Below are positions 15,993 through 24,557 of a stretch of DNA of 64,000 bases, piece by piece; positions within the stretch are counted from its first letter, which is position 1, and the number at the start of each line of letters is the position of its first letter. The translations under genes and the position numbers were made by a program. The notes under the pieces are model-generated. The model saw nothing but the letters and a program-made list of their open reading frames with translations. It had not been told where the DNA came from and searched no databases. Source of the DNA: an uncultured Candidatus Saccharimonas sp. (GTDB lineage Bacteria > Patescibacteriota > Saccharimonadia > Saccharimonadales > Saccharimonadaceae); NCBI GenBank assembly GCA_964511655.1, contig CAZEGB010000001.1, positions 7,087-71,086 of the forward strand. The letters are read 5' to 3'.

Positions 15993-16544
15993 ATGTCAAG
16001 AGGTGAATCTTTTGTTATACTTAACAATATGAAACAATTGCTCATAATACACGAATCAGATATCTTTCCAGAAAGAGAAAACATTAGTTCTACAGATTTT
16101 ACGGAACGAAGTGCCGCACGGGCTGTAGTTTTAAATGACAAAAATCAAATAGCACTTCTGAAAGCCAACACATACAACTGTTATAAATTGCCTGGTGGTG
16201 GTGTCGAAACTGGAGAAGACATGAAGATTGCCTTGAAAAGAGAGTTACTAGAAGAAATTGGCTGTGCAGCTAATGTAATAGCTGAAATCGGAGAGATTAT
16301 TGAATATCGAGACAAACGGAAATTAAAACAGACTTCGCATTGTTATTTGGCCAAACAGGTTAGCGAGCAACAAATACCATCATTCACACAAAGTGAAATA
16401 GATGGAGGTTTCGAAGTTGTTTGGGCTGACAATATAGATGCAGCGATCGGATTACTTAAACAATATCGCCTACAAAATTATGATGACCTATTTATTCAAC
16501 GCAGAGACACTACTTTTCTTCAAACAGCAAAAGAATTACTTTAA
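15993..16544 (+). CDS. NUDIX hydrolase (alternative start ATG 16029)
   Basis: Nudix box GGGVETGEDMKIALKRELLEEIGC (GX5EX7REUXEEXGU). Confidence 0.8.
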   Translation: MSRGESFVILNNMKQLLIIHESDIFPERENISSTDFTERSAARAVVLNDKNQIALLKANTYNCYKLPGGGVETGEDMKIALKRELLEEIGCAANVIAEIGEIIEYRDKRKLKQTSHCYLAKQVSEQQIPSFTQSEIDGGFEVVWADNIDAAIGLLKQYRLQNYDDLFIQRRDTTFLQTAKELL

Positions 16545-16576
16545 GTTTACGATAGTTATATAATCGAAGCGTCGGA

Positions 16577-16630
16577 CATGTGCCCCTAGCTGCGACCATG
16601 GTTCGGCTCAGTAGCTGAAGCGAAAAAGTG
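16577..16630 (+). repeat. degenerate tRNA-Trp 3' remnant e plus truncated third copy of the structured repeat
   Basis: ACATGTGCCCCTAGC resembles CCACGTGCCCCTGCC. CATGGTTCGGCTCAGTAGCTGAAGCGAAAAAGTG resembles the first ~35 nt of copy A. Confidence 0.45.
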
Positions 16631-16672
16631 TTCCTGGATATTAATTATTTCTTACTTTATACTATGCATTAA

Positions 16673-17032
16673 ATGAATAATGATCTTCGTAAAGCAATTC
16701 GTATTTCTCTGATAATTTCAACTGCACTAATAATATTTTACCTGTTTTTCAAAATTAGCATTCTGATGGAAAACAACATTGATGTTTCTTCTTGGGTTTC
16801 TTTGACCGGCACCGTAAATGAAACATATTTTTTGAATAATAGTGGCGAGCTGGTGATGAATGAAGCAGGTGGTGTTAATAACATTTCCTTGATACATACT
16901 ATACAATTTTTTGCTGATATATTTTTGATATTCACGATCTATATCTATGGATTCTTGAGAGCAAAGCGAATACCAACCAAAATCTCTATACAAGCAAACA
17001 ATGAGGGGTTGATAAATGGCGCAAACAAATAA
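16673..17032 (+). CDS. small membrane protein (2 predicted TM)
   Basis: Hydrophobic segments ISLIISTALIIFYLFF and FFADIFLIFTIYIYGFL. Overlaps the next ORF by 17 nt. Confidence 0.5.
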   Translation: MNNDLRKAIRISLIISTALIIFYLFFKISILMENNIDVSSWVSLTGTVNETYFLNNSGELVMNEAGGVNNISLIHTIQFFADIFLIFTIYIYGFLRAKRIPTKISIQANNEGLINGANK

Positions 17033-17375
17033 AGCAAAAAATATCATTGTATTTACGCCCCTAACGTTTGCTCTGATTATGATAACCAGCATGTTTTCAT
17101 ACCCGGTCTCAGCGATTACGGCTGACGATTTAAACAAAACAGTGTCAGACGAGGTGGCATATAACAACATGGAATTTACTTTAATGATTAACCTTACGCT
17201 TTATGCCGTAGGGTTCGTGGCCTGTATCATGCTTGCATACGGATGTATATCCTTCGTCAAATCACGAGACAGAGGGTTTTTTAGTCCATTAGCCAGAGCT
17301 ATTTACTATGCAATTTTTAGTATATTTTTAGTACTTATATCGTACGCAATTAATAATTTTGTGGTGGCTGGATAG
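17016..17375 (+). CDS. small secreted/membrane protein (signal peptide plus 2 TM; the architecture is reminiscent of TrbC/VirB2-type pilins, but this is unproven)
   Basis: Signal-like N-terminus ending PVSA|IT, then two long hydrophobic helices. Confidence 0.5.
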   Translation: MAQTNKAKNIIVFTPLTFALIMITSMFSYPVSAITADDLNKTVSDEVAYNNMEFTLMINLTLYAVGFVACIMLAYGCISFVKSRDRGFFSPLARAIYYAIFSIFLVLISYAINNFVVAG

Positions 17376-17378
17376 TAT

Positions 17379-17663
17379 ATGAAAATACGTCTAGATAATA
17401 TTCAAACAGACGACTCCGAAATTCGGATTGCTTATTATAAGCGTAAGACAAAAATTTTTAGTATCTTGTCATTGCTATCATTTGGGTTTTATAACTTATA
17501 CGCCAGTGTAAAAAATACAGGTACCCTTGATAGCATGGGTGCCGCTTTTAAAGCCGCATTCGGTTTGATAGTATTTATTATATTTTTCTCATTATTTTCT
17601 GTACATTTTATTATTTTTATATTGCTGTCGGCTAAGAATAAGCGCCAAAATCGCATAGAATAG
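17379..17663 (+). CDS. small membrane protein (2 TM)
   Basis: Starts 4 nt after the previous stop. Contains two hydrophobic segments. Confidence 0.5.
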   Translation: MKIRLDNIQTDDSEIRIAYYKRKTKIFSILSLLSFGFYNLYASVKNTGTLDSMGAAFKAAFGLIVFIIFFSLFSVHFIIFILLSAKNKRQNRIE

Positions 17664-17713
17664 CATCGATATTGATTTACATTAGCATTATTAAATGCTT
17701 AGATTAATATAAC

Positions 17714-18259
17714 ATGGCAAAAAGAACGAATAAATTAGCCAGAGGTATTCCCAATATTCATAAGCATATCTCAGCGATTACGATTATTTTCGTAATTATT
17801 ACGGTTACAATATGCGCGCATATAGTGCCAAGAGTGGTCGAAAATATCCGAAAAGACAGGGCGGTTTCGATATTAAACAGCCTAAAACTTGACAGCCAGA
17901 ATTATATACAGGGGCTCAGTAATATCGATGGCGAAAACAATCGCATATACCGTTCGAATGACGATCCGTTCCTTCGGACATACGTCAGAGGCGCTAATGT
18001 CGACGAAACTGTCACCGAACTAAAAAATGCAATATCAAAAACAGATTTCAAAATATATAAAACATACGATGATAGTTCTTTCGTCTTTAAATCACCCAAT
18101 AATGAATTGCTTCAAATATCCGTATCAAGTATGGCTTACCAGGAGGACTTTTATAATAAATTTTACATGGGGCTATCTACGGACGATATCACGACCAGCA
18201 CGAACGCCGGCCCCTCTAACGTCTCGATTCATATATACCTTGGCGGCGACAGCGATTAA
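17714..18259 (+). CDS. membrane-anchored extracytoplasmic protein, unknown function
   Basis: Basic N-terminus, one TM (ISAITIIFVIITVTICAHIV), then a ~130-aa soluble domain. Confidence 0.5.
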   Translation: MAKRTNKLARGIPNIHKHISAITIIFVIITVTICAHIVPRVVENIRKDRAVSILNSLKLDSQNYIQGLSNIDGENNRIYRSNDDPFLRTYVRGANVDETVTELKNAISKTDFKIYKTYDDSSFVFKSPNNELLQISVSSMAYQEDFYNKFYMGLSTDDITTSTNAGPSNVSIHIYLGGDSD

Positions 18260-18327
18260 TAATGCGTTACGATCAATCGTCTAAACACTGGTCGCGCTAG
18301 TCTTTCTCTTTTTGTTATAGTATATTT

Positions 18328-18480
18328 ATGAGCTTTTCTGAAAATGTATTCGTCATTGCATATAAACTAACGGCTGAAGAAGGCGATATTTTTATAAAAA
18401 CGATTTGGTGGGACGATAACAGGCAAAATTTACAGAGAATGGTAAATATAATCCAGCAAAAGGTAGCTAATTATGAATAA
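18328..18480 (+). CDS. possible 50-aa ORF (MSFSENVFVIAYKLTAEEGDIFIKTIWWDDNRQNLQRMVNIIQQKVANYE) translationally coupled to the racemase-like gene
   Basis: Translated by hand. Its stop TAA (18478-18480) overlaps the ATG at 18473 of the next gene (ATGAATAA). Confidence 0.3.
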   Translation: MSFSENVFVIAYKLTAEEGDIFIKTIWWDDNRQNLQRMVNIIQQKVANYE

Positions 18481-19231
18481 TTCAGTATATCTCATAAGTG
18501 CTGCTGGCGGTAATATAACCGCAATCCAAGTTATCGACAATCCGCAAACAGATGAATGGTACGCAATTAACGGAAAGGACCTAGGTAATAGGTTTGAAAA
18601 GTTCGGCGCTGAACAGTCAGGATTTCTGATTAGAAGCACTAATCATTTCCAGATGGCTGGAGGTGAATTCTGCGGCAATGCAACTAGAGCCGCTGCCGTA
18701 CTATTTTCTAAACTTCGCAATAGCCCGGATGTAAAATATACTGTCTCGGGTTATAGCGGAACTGTTAATTCGCACGTAGATCAAAATGGTCTGCAAAATG
18801 TTTACTCCGTTGAGAGCATATTTTCCGATATGCCAATTGACGCAAAGGAGGTGATAACTATTGGCGAGGAAGCAGTTTTAGTCGACCTAGGCGGAATAGT
18901 CCATATAGTGATTCAGGACGAAATGCCGAAAAATTTCGAAGGCGTTCATCGTCAGATTGTCAATGATTTAAACCTTTCCAAACGTGATGCCGTAGGTGTT
19001 GTTTGGTATACGATGGATCAATCACACGTATTGATTCATCCCGTAGTTTGGGTCAGAAGCATTGACAGCTTTTTCTATGAAACGTCTTGTGGCTCCGGTT
19101 CGATCGCAGTCGCCAGAGTAACTGGGTTAAAAGAAATTCACCAAGTTTCAGGTGAAGCAATACATGTATCCATTAATGATAAATCCGTATCCCTAAAAAG
19201 CAGAATGGAAATAATAAATCATGATATATAA
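18473..19231 (+). CDS. DapF/PhzF-fold PLP-independent racemase/epimerase-like protein
   Basis: Two pseudo-symmetric halves, each with a catalytic-type Cys motif: GEFCGNATRAAA and ETSCGSGSIAVA (compare DapF GNGxRC / CGSG). Confidence 0.6.
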   Translation: MNNSVYLISAAGGNITAIQVIDNPQTDEWYAINGKDLGNRFEKFGAEQSGFLIRSTNHFQMAGGEFCGNATRAAAVLFSKLRNSPDVKYTVSGYSGTVNSHVDQNGLQNVYSVESIFSDMPIDAKEVITIGEEAVLVDLGGIVHIVIQDEMPKNFEGVHRQIVNDLNLSKRDAVGVVWYTMDQSHVLIHPVVWVRSIDSFFYETSCGSGSIAVARVTGLKEIHQVSGEAIHVSINDKSVSLKSRMEIINHDI

Positions 19232-19877
19232 ATCATCAAATAATAATCTCAAAAACAGAACTGTGCTATCTTATGAAGACGTCAAAAAAACTAGAATCGG
19301 CAACAGTGAAGAACCTATGGCGAGCGTCAGAAAGTACGATAATCGAATATGTACGGATAATAATGAATGCGAAACTCTCGTCAGGGATGAAGTTGCTAAA
19401 AAGCTTGCGAGAATCAATGACAAACTAGCAGACGGTATGCGCTTGAAAGTTGTTTGCGGTTTTAGGCATCCCGAAACTCAAAAACAACTGTTCGAGAAAG
19501 AGAAAGCTGAAATAATTAGACAAAATCCCGGTGTTTCAGACGAGAAAGCCAACGAATTAACTCACGTTCTTATTGCGGTTCCTGATGTAGCAGGACATAT
19601 TGTTGGTGGCGCCGTAGATATAACTATCGTGGATAAAAACGGCAATGAATTAGATATGGGCACAGCTATTGCTGACTTTGAAAAAGCCGATAAAATCGCA
19701 ACCTACGCTAAGGGAATAAGCGAAGAGCAACGAAAAAATCGAGATTTACTGCACGATTTGATGATATCAGAGAATTTCGCCCCTTTTTATGGAGAATGGT
19801 GGCACTTTTCATACGGCGATAGGGAGTGGGCTGCCTTTTATGACAAAGGCACCGCTATTTACGGCGAATGTGCCTAA
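19221..19877 (+). CDS. VanX-like zinc D,D-dipeptidase (peptidase M15D)
   Basis: Motifs GFRHPETQ, AGHIVGGAVDI (SxHxxGxAxD type) and GEWWHFSYGD (ExxH). Overlaps the upstream gene by 11 nt. Confidence 0.75.
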   Translation: MIYKSSNNNLKNRTVLSYEDVKKTRIGNSEEPMASVRKYDNRICTDNNECETLVRDEVAKKLARINDKLADGMRLKVVCGFRHPETQKQLFEKEKAEIIRQNPGVSDEKANELTHVLIAVPDVAGHIVGGAVDITIVDKNGNELDMGTAIADFEKADKIATYAKGISEEQRKNRDLLHDLMISENFAPFYGEWWHFSYGDREWAAFYDKGTAIYGECA

Positions 19878-21013
19878 TTCGCAATTATAGCTGATATGGC
19901 TGCGCCGTCCAGGCAAGCATTGGAACCTTGGCTGACGTAATCTTTAGTCATGAATAATTTGACGTTGCCGCCTGACGATTTATCTAGGATTTGCTTAACT
20001 CGTTCTCCATAATGCGGAAACTTGAAGGCGCCGCCATGACCGGCAACGGCGCTATTTTCATCAGTCAGATTGATGTCATATACATTTGCCACGCCTTGGA
20101 TTACGTGTGCGATTACTAATGCGGAATTATCGTATAGATCGGAGGCAAGTTTGTCACCAGCTTTGGCCTTGTTCTCGATTTCTCTGGCGTCGATATCTTC
20201 GCCCATTAACTGTTGCCATTGCGCCTCGATACCTGCTTTGTTTGCACCCAGGCGTTCCATGCATATATATTCAGCGCCATATGCGCCGCATGGTTCTTGT
20301 TGATTATAAGAGTTAAGTTCATGTTCAGCTTCGACATGGCCAGCCTCAGTGGAGTATATAATTCCGTCACGCAATACAGCACAGCCGATACCGCCGCCGT
20401 TAATAAGGAATATAACGTCGGACGCGTTATGCGATCTTTTGGCTTCAATGGCGGCACTAATCAGACCAGCCGGGCCGTCATTTATGCATGAAGTTAAATT
20501 TGGAATTAAATTTGCAAAATCGCCGCCATACTTTTGGTTTAATTGTTCAGAAAAAATCTTGAACTTGGATTTGTCCTGCAATTTAGTGCCCTCTAATGGC
20601 GATCCCCATGATATGCCAACGGGAATACCATTCTCGGCCGCATAGGCGGCAGTCTTTTCAAGGCTTTCTATGTAACCATCGCCGAAATCTCCTTGAACGT
20701 AGTCACTGTATCCGTCGCTCTCGACTAATTTACCGTCGCTAATAACGAATAACTTGGTTACGCCTTTGTCGCCGCCAAAATCAGCGCCGATAACGCGTTT
20801 ACCTTCAAGTTCACGTATTTTGGTTAGCGACTCCGTCGGGTTGAACTTCATGACCTCTTGTGAACGTATCGTTTCCATATTAAATAGCGCGAGCTGTTCT
20901 TCGGATAGGTCAGGAACTTCGCGTTCAGTTATAGATTCGTATATTGGCGGGTTGTTGTCTGGTTCTATCGTATCCATAATCTCATCAGGCTTCTCTACGT
21001 AGTTTTCTAGCAT
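19874..21013 (-). CDS. ROK-family sugar kinase-like protein with a ~70-aa N-terminal extension
   Basis: ATPase-fold GADFGGDKG, LINGGGIGCAVLRDGIIYSTEAGHVE, and a partly degenerate Cys motif PCGAYGAEYICME. Confidence 0.6.
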   Translation of the reverse strand: MLENYVEKPDEIMDTIEPDNNPPIYESITEREVPDLSEEQLALFNMETIRSQEVMKFNPTESLTKIRELEGKRVIGADFGGDKGVTKLFVISDGKLVESDGYSDYVQGDFGDGYIESLEKTAAYAAENGIPVGISWGSPLEGTKLQDKSKFKIFSEQLNQKYGGDFANLIPNLTSCINDGPAGLISAAIEAKRSHNASDVIFLINGGGIGCAVLRDGIIYSTEAGHVEAEHELNSYNQQEPCGAYGAEYICMERLGANKAGIEAQWQQLMGEDIDAREIENKAKAGDKLASDLYDNSALVIAHVIQGVANVYDINLTDENSAVAGHGGAFKFPHYGERVKQILDKSSGGNVKLFMTKDYVSQGSNACLDGAAISAIIAN

Positions 21014-21148
21014 ATCTGTATTTTAAACGTTTAGCTCAAATCAAACAATGTTAGTGCGGAAAAAATTTGGTTTGTTCGACGTTTCAAAATATATTTTATA
21101 CAATAAATATTTACTTAATAATCAGATTTATGCTAATCTGTTTTGAAT

Positions 21149-22627
21149 ATGATTACAAATGACAAAGACAATTTCAACGAAGGTTTAACATACGACGACG
21201 TTTTACTGGTGCCGCAATATTCCGAAATTTTACCAAGAGACGTCGACGTATCAACGCAACTCACTAAAAATATTAGGATAAATATTCCGATCGTTTCCGC
21301 CGCCATGGACACCGTGACCGAAAGCGAGCTGGCAATTGCTATCGCTCAAGAAGGCGGCATCGGTATTTTGCATAAAAACATGAGCATCGAAAAACAGGCT
21401 AATGAAGTCCGTAAGGTCAAACGTTCCGAAAGCGGCATGATCAGCGACCCGATTACTTTGCCTGAAAACGCATTACTAGAAGAAGCATTCAATATTATGC
21501 GCGAAAACAAAATCGGCGGCATTCCGATCGTCGATAATGAAATGTATCTAAAAGGAATTCTAACTAACCGCGACTTGAGGTTCCAGAAAGATATGAAAGT
21601 TCCGGTTTCGGAAATAATGACAAAAGCCAATTTGATTACCGGCAGCGCAAAAACCACGCTCAAAGAAGCCGAGACATTATTTACAAAATACAAAATCGAA
21701 AAATTACCGTTAGTAAATAAAGATAACAAACTTGTCGGATTGATTACTTACAAAGATATAGTTAACGTGACTTTCCGACCAAATTCATGCCGCGATAAGC
21801 TCGGCAGACTGCGCGTAGGCGCTGGCGTCGGCGTGACAGGCGATACGATCGACAGGGTTGCTGCGCTAGTCAAAAACGGTGTCGACGTAATCGTGATTGA
21901 TACCGCCCATGCGCACACCAAGGGTGCAATCGAAACGCTAAAGAAGATCAAGAAAAATTTTCCAAAACTCGATGTCATCGTCGGTAATATCGCGACCCCC
22001 GAAGCAGCAAAAGATTTAATCAAAGCCGGAGCGGACGCCATCAAAGTAGGTATCGGCCCAGGTTCGATATGTACCACACGAGTAGTCGCTGGCGTAGGTT
22101 TTCCGCAATTTTCGGCTGTATATGAAATTGCTCGGGCTATTAAAGGTAATAGCGTTCCAATCATTGCCGACGGCGGAATACATTTCAGCGGCGATATCCC
22201 GAAAGCCTTGGCTGCGGGCGCCAATTCAATAATGGCGGGCTCATTATTTGCCGGCGTTAAAGAATCGCCTAGCGAAACCGTTATATATGAAGGCAAAAAA
22301 TTCAAGGTTTACCGCGGCATGGGTTCTGTCGAAGCTATGGAACAAGGTTCAAAAGACAGGTATTTCCAAGATTTGGAAGCAGAAACCAAAAAACTCGTAC
22401 CCGAAGGAATAGTTGGCAAGATATCATACAAAGGTGATTTGGCCGATATTTTATACCAGCTTGTCGGCGGTTTGAAAGCCGGCATGGGCTATTGCGGCGC
22501 CAGGGATATTAAAACCTTGCAAAAGAACGCTAAATTCATCCGCGTCACGTCATCAGGCCTAAAAGAGAACCATCCGCACGACGTCATCATCACCAAAGAA
22601 GCCCCAAATTACAGTTTGGAAAAATAA
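21149..22627 (+). CDS. guaB: IMP dehydrogenase with CBS pair
   Basis: LTYDDVLLVPQ, tandem CBS region, GIGPGSICTTR catalytic loop, GGIHFSGDI, YRGMGS. The ORF opens at the TTG at 21143; the ATG at 21149 is preferred. Confidence 0.93.
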   Translation: MITNDKDNFNEGLTYDDVLLVPQYSEILPRDVDVSTQLTKNIRINIPIVSAAMDTVTESELAIAIAQEGGIGILHKNMSIEKQANEVRKVKRSESGMISDPITLPENALLEEAFNIMRENKIGGIPIVDNEMYLKGILTNRDLRFQKDMKVPVSEIMTKANLITGSAKTTLKEAETLFTKYKIEKLPLVNKDNKLVGLITYKDIVNVTFRPNSCRDKLGRLRVGAGVGVTGDTIDRVAALVKNGVDVIVIDTAHAHTKGAIETLKKIKKNFPKLDVIVGNIATPEAAKDLIKAGADAIKVGIGPGSICTTRVVAGVGFPQFSAVYEIARAIKGNSVPIIADGGIHFSGDIPKALAAGANSIMAGSLFAGVKESPSETVIYEGKKFKVYRGMGSVEAMEQGSKDRYFQDLEAETKKLVPEGIVGKISYKGDLADILYQLVGGLKAGMGYCGARDIKTLQKNAKFIRVTSSGLKENHPHDVIITKEAPNYSLEK

Positions 22628-22631
22628 TTTC

Positions 22632-22994
22632 ATGCAGGAAATCGGCATAGAATCTTCGCTAGTCAAAGACATACTACGCGGTAATAAATATGTCGAAGCA
22701 AGATTGGGTAAACCTCGTTTTCTGAAATTCAGAGAAGGCGATATTTTAAGTGTCCGTGAAGACGTTTACCTTGACGGCAAGGTTATTGAGTCAAAGCCAG
22801 ATTCGCTACGAGTTAAGATTACTCAAGTGCTGTATTTTGAAACATTCATCGAAATGTTCGATTCAATCGATTTCAAGGCCGCCGTACCCTCAGCCGATAA
22901 TACTACCGAGGCTTTACAAAAATACCGAGAATTCTATTCCGTCGAAGATGAAAAGGAATACGGCGTCGTAGCCTTATTTTTTGAGTTGATATAA
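22632..22994 (+). CDS. ASCH-domain protein
   Basis: Size and N-terminal pattern ...ILRGNKYVEARLGKPRFLKFREGDIL... are typical of the ASCH/PUA-like fold. Confidence 0.55.
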   Translation: MQEIGIESSLVKDILRGNKYVEARLGKPRFLKFREGDILSVREDVYLDGKVIESKPDSLRVKITQVLYFETFIEMFDSIDFKAAVPSADNTTEALQKYREFYSVEDEKEYGVVALFFELI

Positions 22995-22999
22995 CGCGA

Positions 23000-23719
23000 C
23001 TATAGTAAACTGGTCATGCCGATGTATGACAAGTATTTCTTGTGAGCGTTGAAATAGAATTCGTTTTTGTAGATTTTACCTTCGAATGGGATATAAAAAT
23101 CGATTAAACCGACTTCTTTTAGGTATTCTTCTATTGGTTTGCTTACTTTGGTTTCATCAAAAACATACACATAGGGCGTATTGTCGTTGTAATCTTCCAT
23201 GTGCTTTATCATCGATTGCAAATCCTCTGGGTCTTTTGGCGTGTCATATCTGACGTAAGCCGGATTGTCTATGATGTTATAGCAGCCTCGTTCAACCAAA
23301 AACTCTTGAATCGTATAAAAACCGCTGGACATCACGTCTTGCATCCGAAACGGTTCAGTCAGGCCGTTCAATATAGGTGCGACGTCTGGGCCGACTGCTT
23401 CGACGCTGATAGCCGAGCAGCCTCTCCAGCGCGTAAAACGGCTGTCGCTTTGTGAAAGCTCATAAAAAATTGTTTGGTTTTGAACAGATAATTCAGCAAA
23501 GGCAATGGCTGTATAGTCGTTATCGTAATTAGTACATAGCGACGTAAAGATATTCTTGTCCCACAACAATCTGCAGGCCTGCTGACATTCCGGAATAATA
23601 TATTCGTCAATGTTGTCGGCAACATAACTGACGTCGATATGCGAATAGTGATATTTTTCAGGTTTTGACTTTTGATCAAAATTGAGGTCGCTGCCAATTA
23701 TATCTTGCATATCCGACAT
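23000..23719 (-). CDS. hypothetical protein
   Basis: Long ORF with no recognisable motif. The overlapping alternative-frame ORFs are shorter. Confidence 0.5.
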   Translation of the reverse strand: MSDMQDIIGSDLNFDQKSKPEKYHYSHIDVSYVADNIDEYIIPECQQACRLLWDKNIFTSLCTNYDNDYTAIAFAELSVQNQTIFYELSQSDSRFTRWRGCSAISVEAVGPDVAPILNGLTEPFRMQDVMSSGFYTIQEFLVERGCYNIIDNPAYVRYDTPKDPEDLQSMIKHMEDYNDNTPYVYVFDETKVSKPIEEYLKEVGLIDFYIPFEGKIYKNEFYFNAHKKYLSYIGMTSLL

Positions 23720-23778
23720 AATCCATATATACCACGATTTTATCGCTTATGCATAGTCGGATTTGATATACTTTATGC

Positions 23779-24471
23779 ATGAAACTATTACTTACATCAT
23801 TAGGACTAACAAATAACAGTATCGCGGAAGCTTTGAAGGATTTGGTCGGTAAAGAACCAAACGAGGCCAAAGTCGCATTTATACCGACCGGCGCCAATGC
23901 TGATCGCGGCGACAAAAATTGGATGATTGATAACCAATATCGCATAAAAGAGCAGGGCTATCATGTTGATCTTATCGAATTAACTGCGCTATCGCCCGAA
24001 GCTATCAAAGCGGCGCTTAGCGATGCCGATGTAATATTCGTCGGCGGTGGTAACGCATTTTACCTAAGTTATTGGATGCAAAAGAAAGGTTTGTTTGAAT
24101 ACCTGCCTGAACTATTGCAAACCAGAGTATACGCCGGTATCAGCCCGGGTAGTATGATGGCCGGCGACAGCCTTCGTCTGACGTCACAAGCTTTGTCGCA
24201 CGATGAACCGCTATCCGATGAAGATATGGACAATCTAGGCCCGGCTGGCGAATCATCAGGCAAAACATTACATCTGGTTGATTTTGTTTTCAAACCGCAT
24301 TTTAATTCGCCCGAACACTATGAAGTACGAAACGAGGAATACATTCGTAGCGTAGCGAATAGGGTAGACAAACCAATTTATACGATTGATGATCAATCGG
24401 CCTTGAAAATCATCGACGGGAACATCGAAGTAGTATCAGAAGGCAAGTGGTTGATATTGAATAACGATTAG
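23779..24471 (+). CDS. peptidase S51 (dipeptidase E-like)
   Basis: KVAFIPTGAN, VIFVGGGNAFYL, and YAGISPGSMMAG (nucleophile Ser context). Confidence 0.7.
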   Translation: MKLLLTSLGLTNNSIAEALKDLVGKEPNEAKVAFIPTGANADRGDKNWMIDNQYRIKEQGYHVDLIELTALSPEAIKAALSDADVIFVGGGNAFYLSYWMQKKGLFEYLPELLQTRVYAGISPGSMMAGDSLRLTSQALSHDEPLSDEDMDNLGPAGESSGKTLHLVDFVFKPHFNSPEHYEVRNEEYIRSVANRVDKPIYTIDDQSALKIIDGNIEVVSEGKWLILNND

Positions 24472-24557
24472 AGATTACTTAAAGTACCGTCTCTGTTTTT
24501 TCAACGATATTGATGTTCTTTCTTTTATTCTGCATTAAGCTGCCGTAATATGTAAAC

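Larger units (their letters stand above)
15154..16590. mobile_element. putative decayed integrated module 2 (RibD_C-like plus NUDIX), bounded by tRNA-Trp 3' remnants; no recombinase
   Basis: Lies between remnant d and the degenerate remnant e (ACATGTGCCCCTAGC, 16577-16590). Confidence 0.3.
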
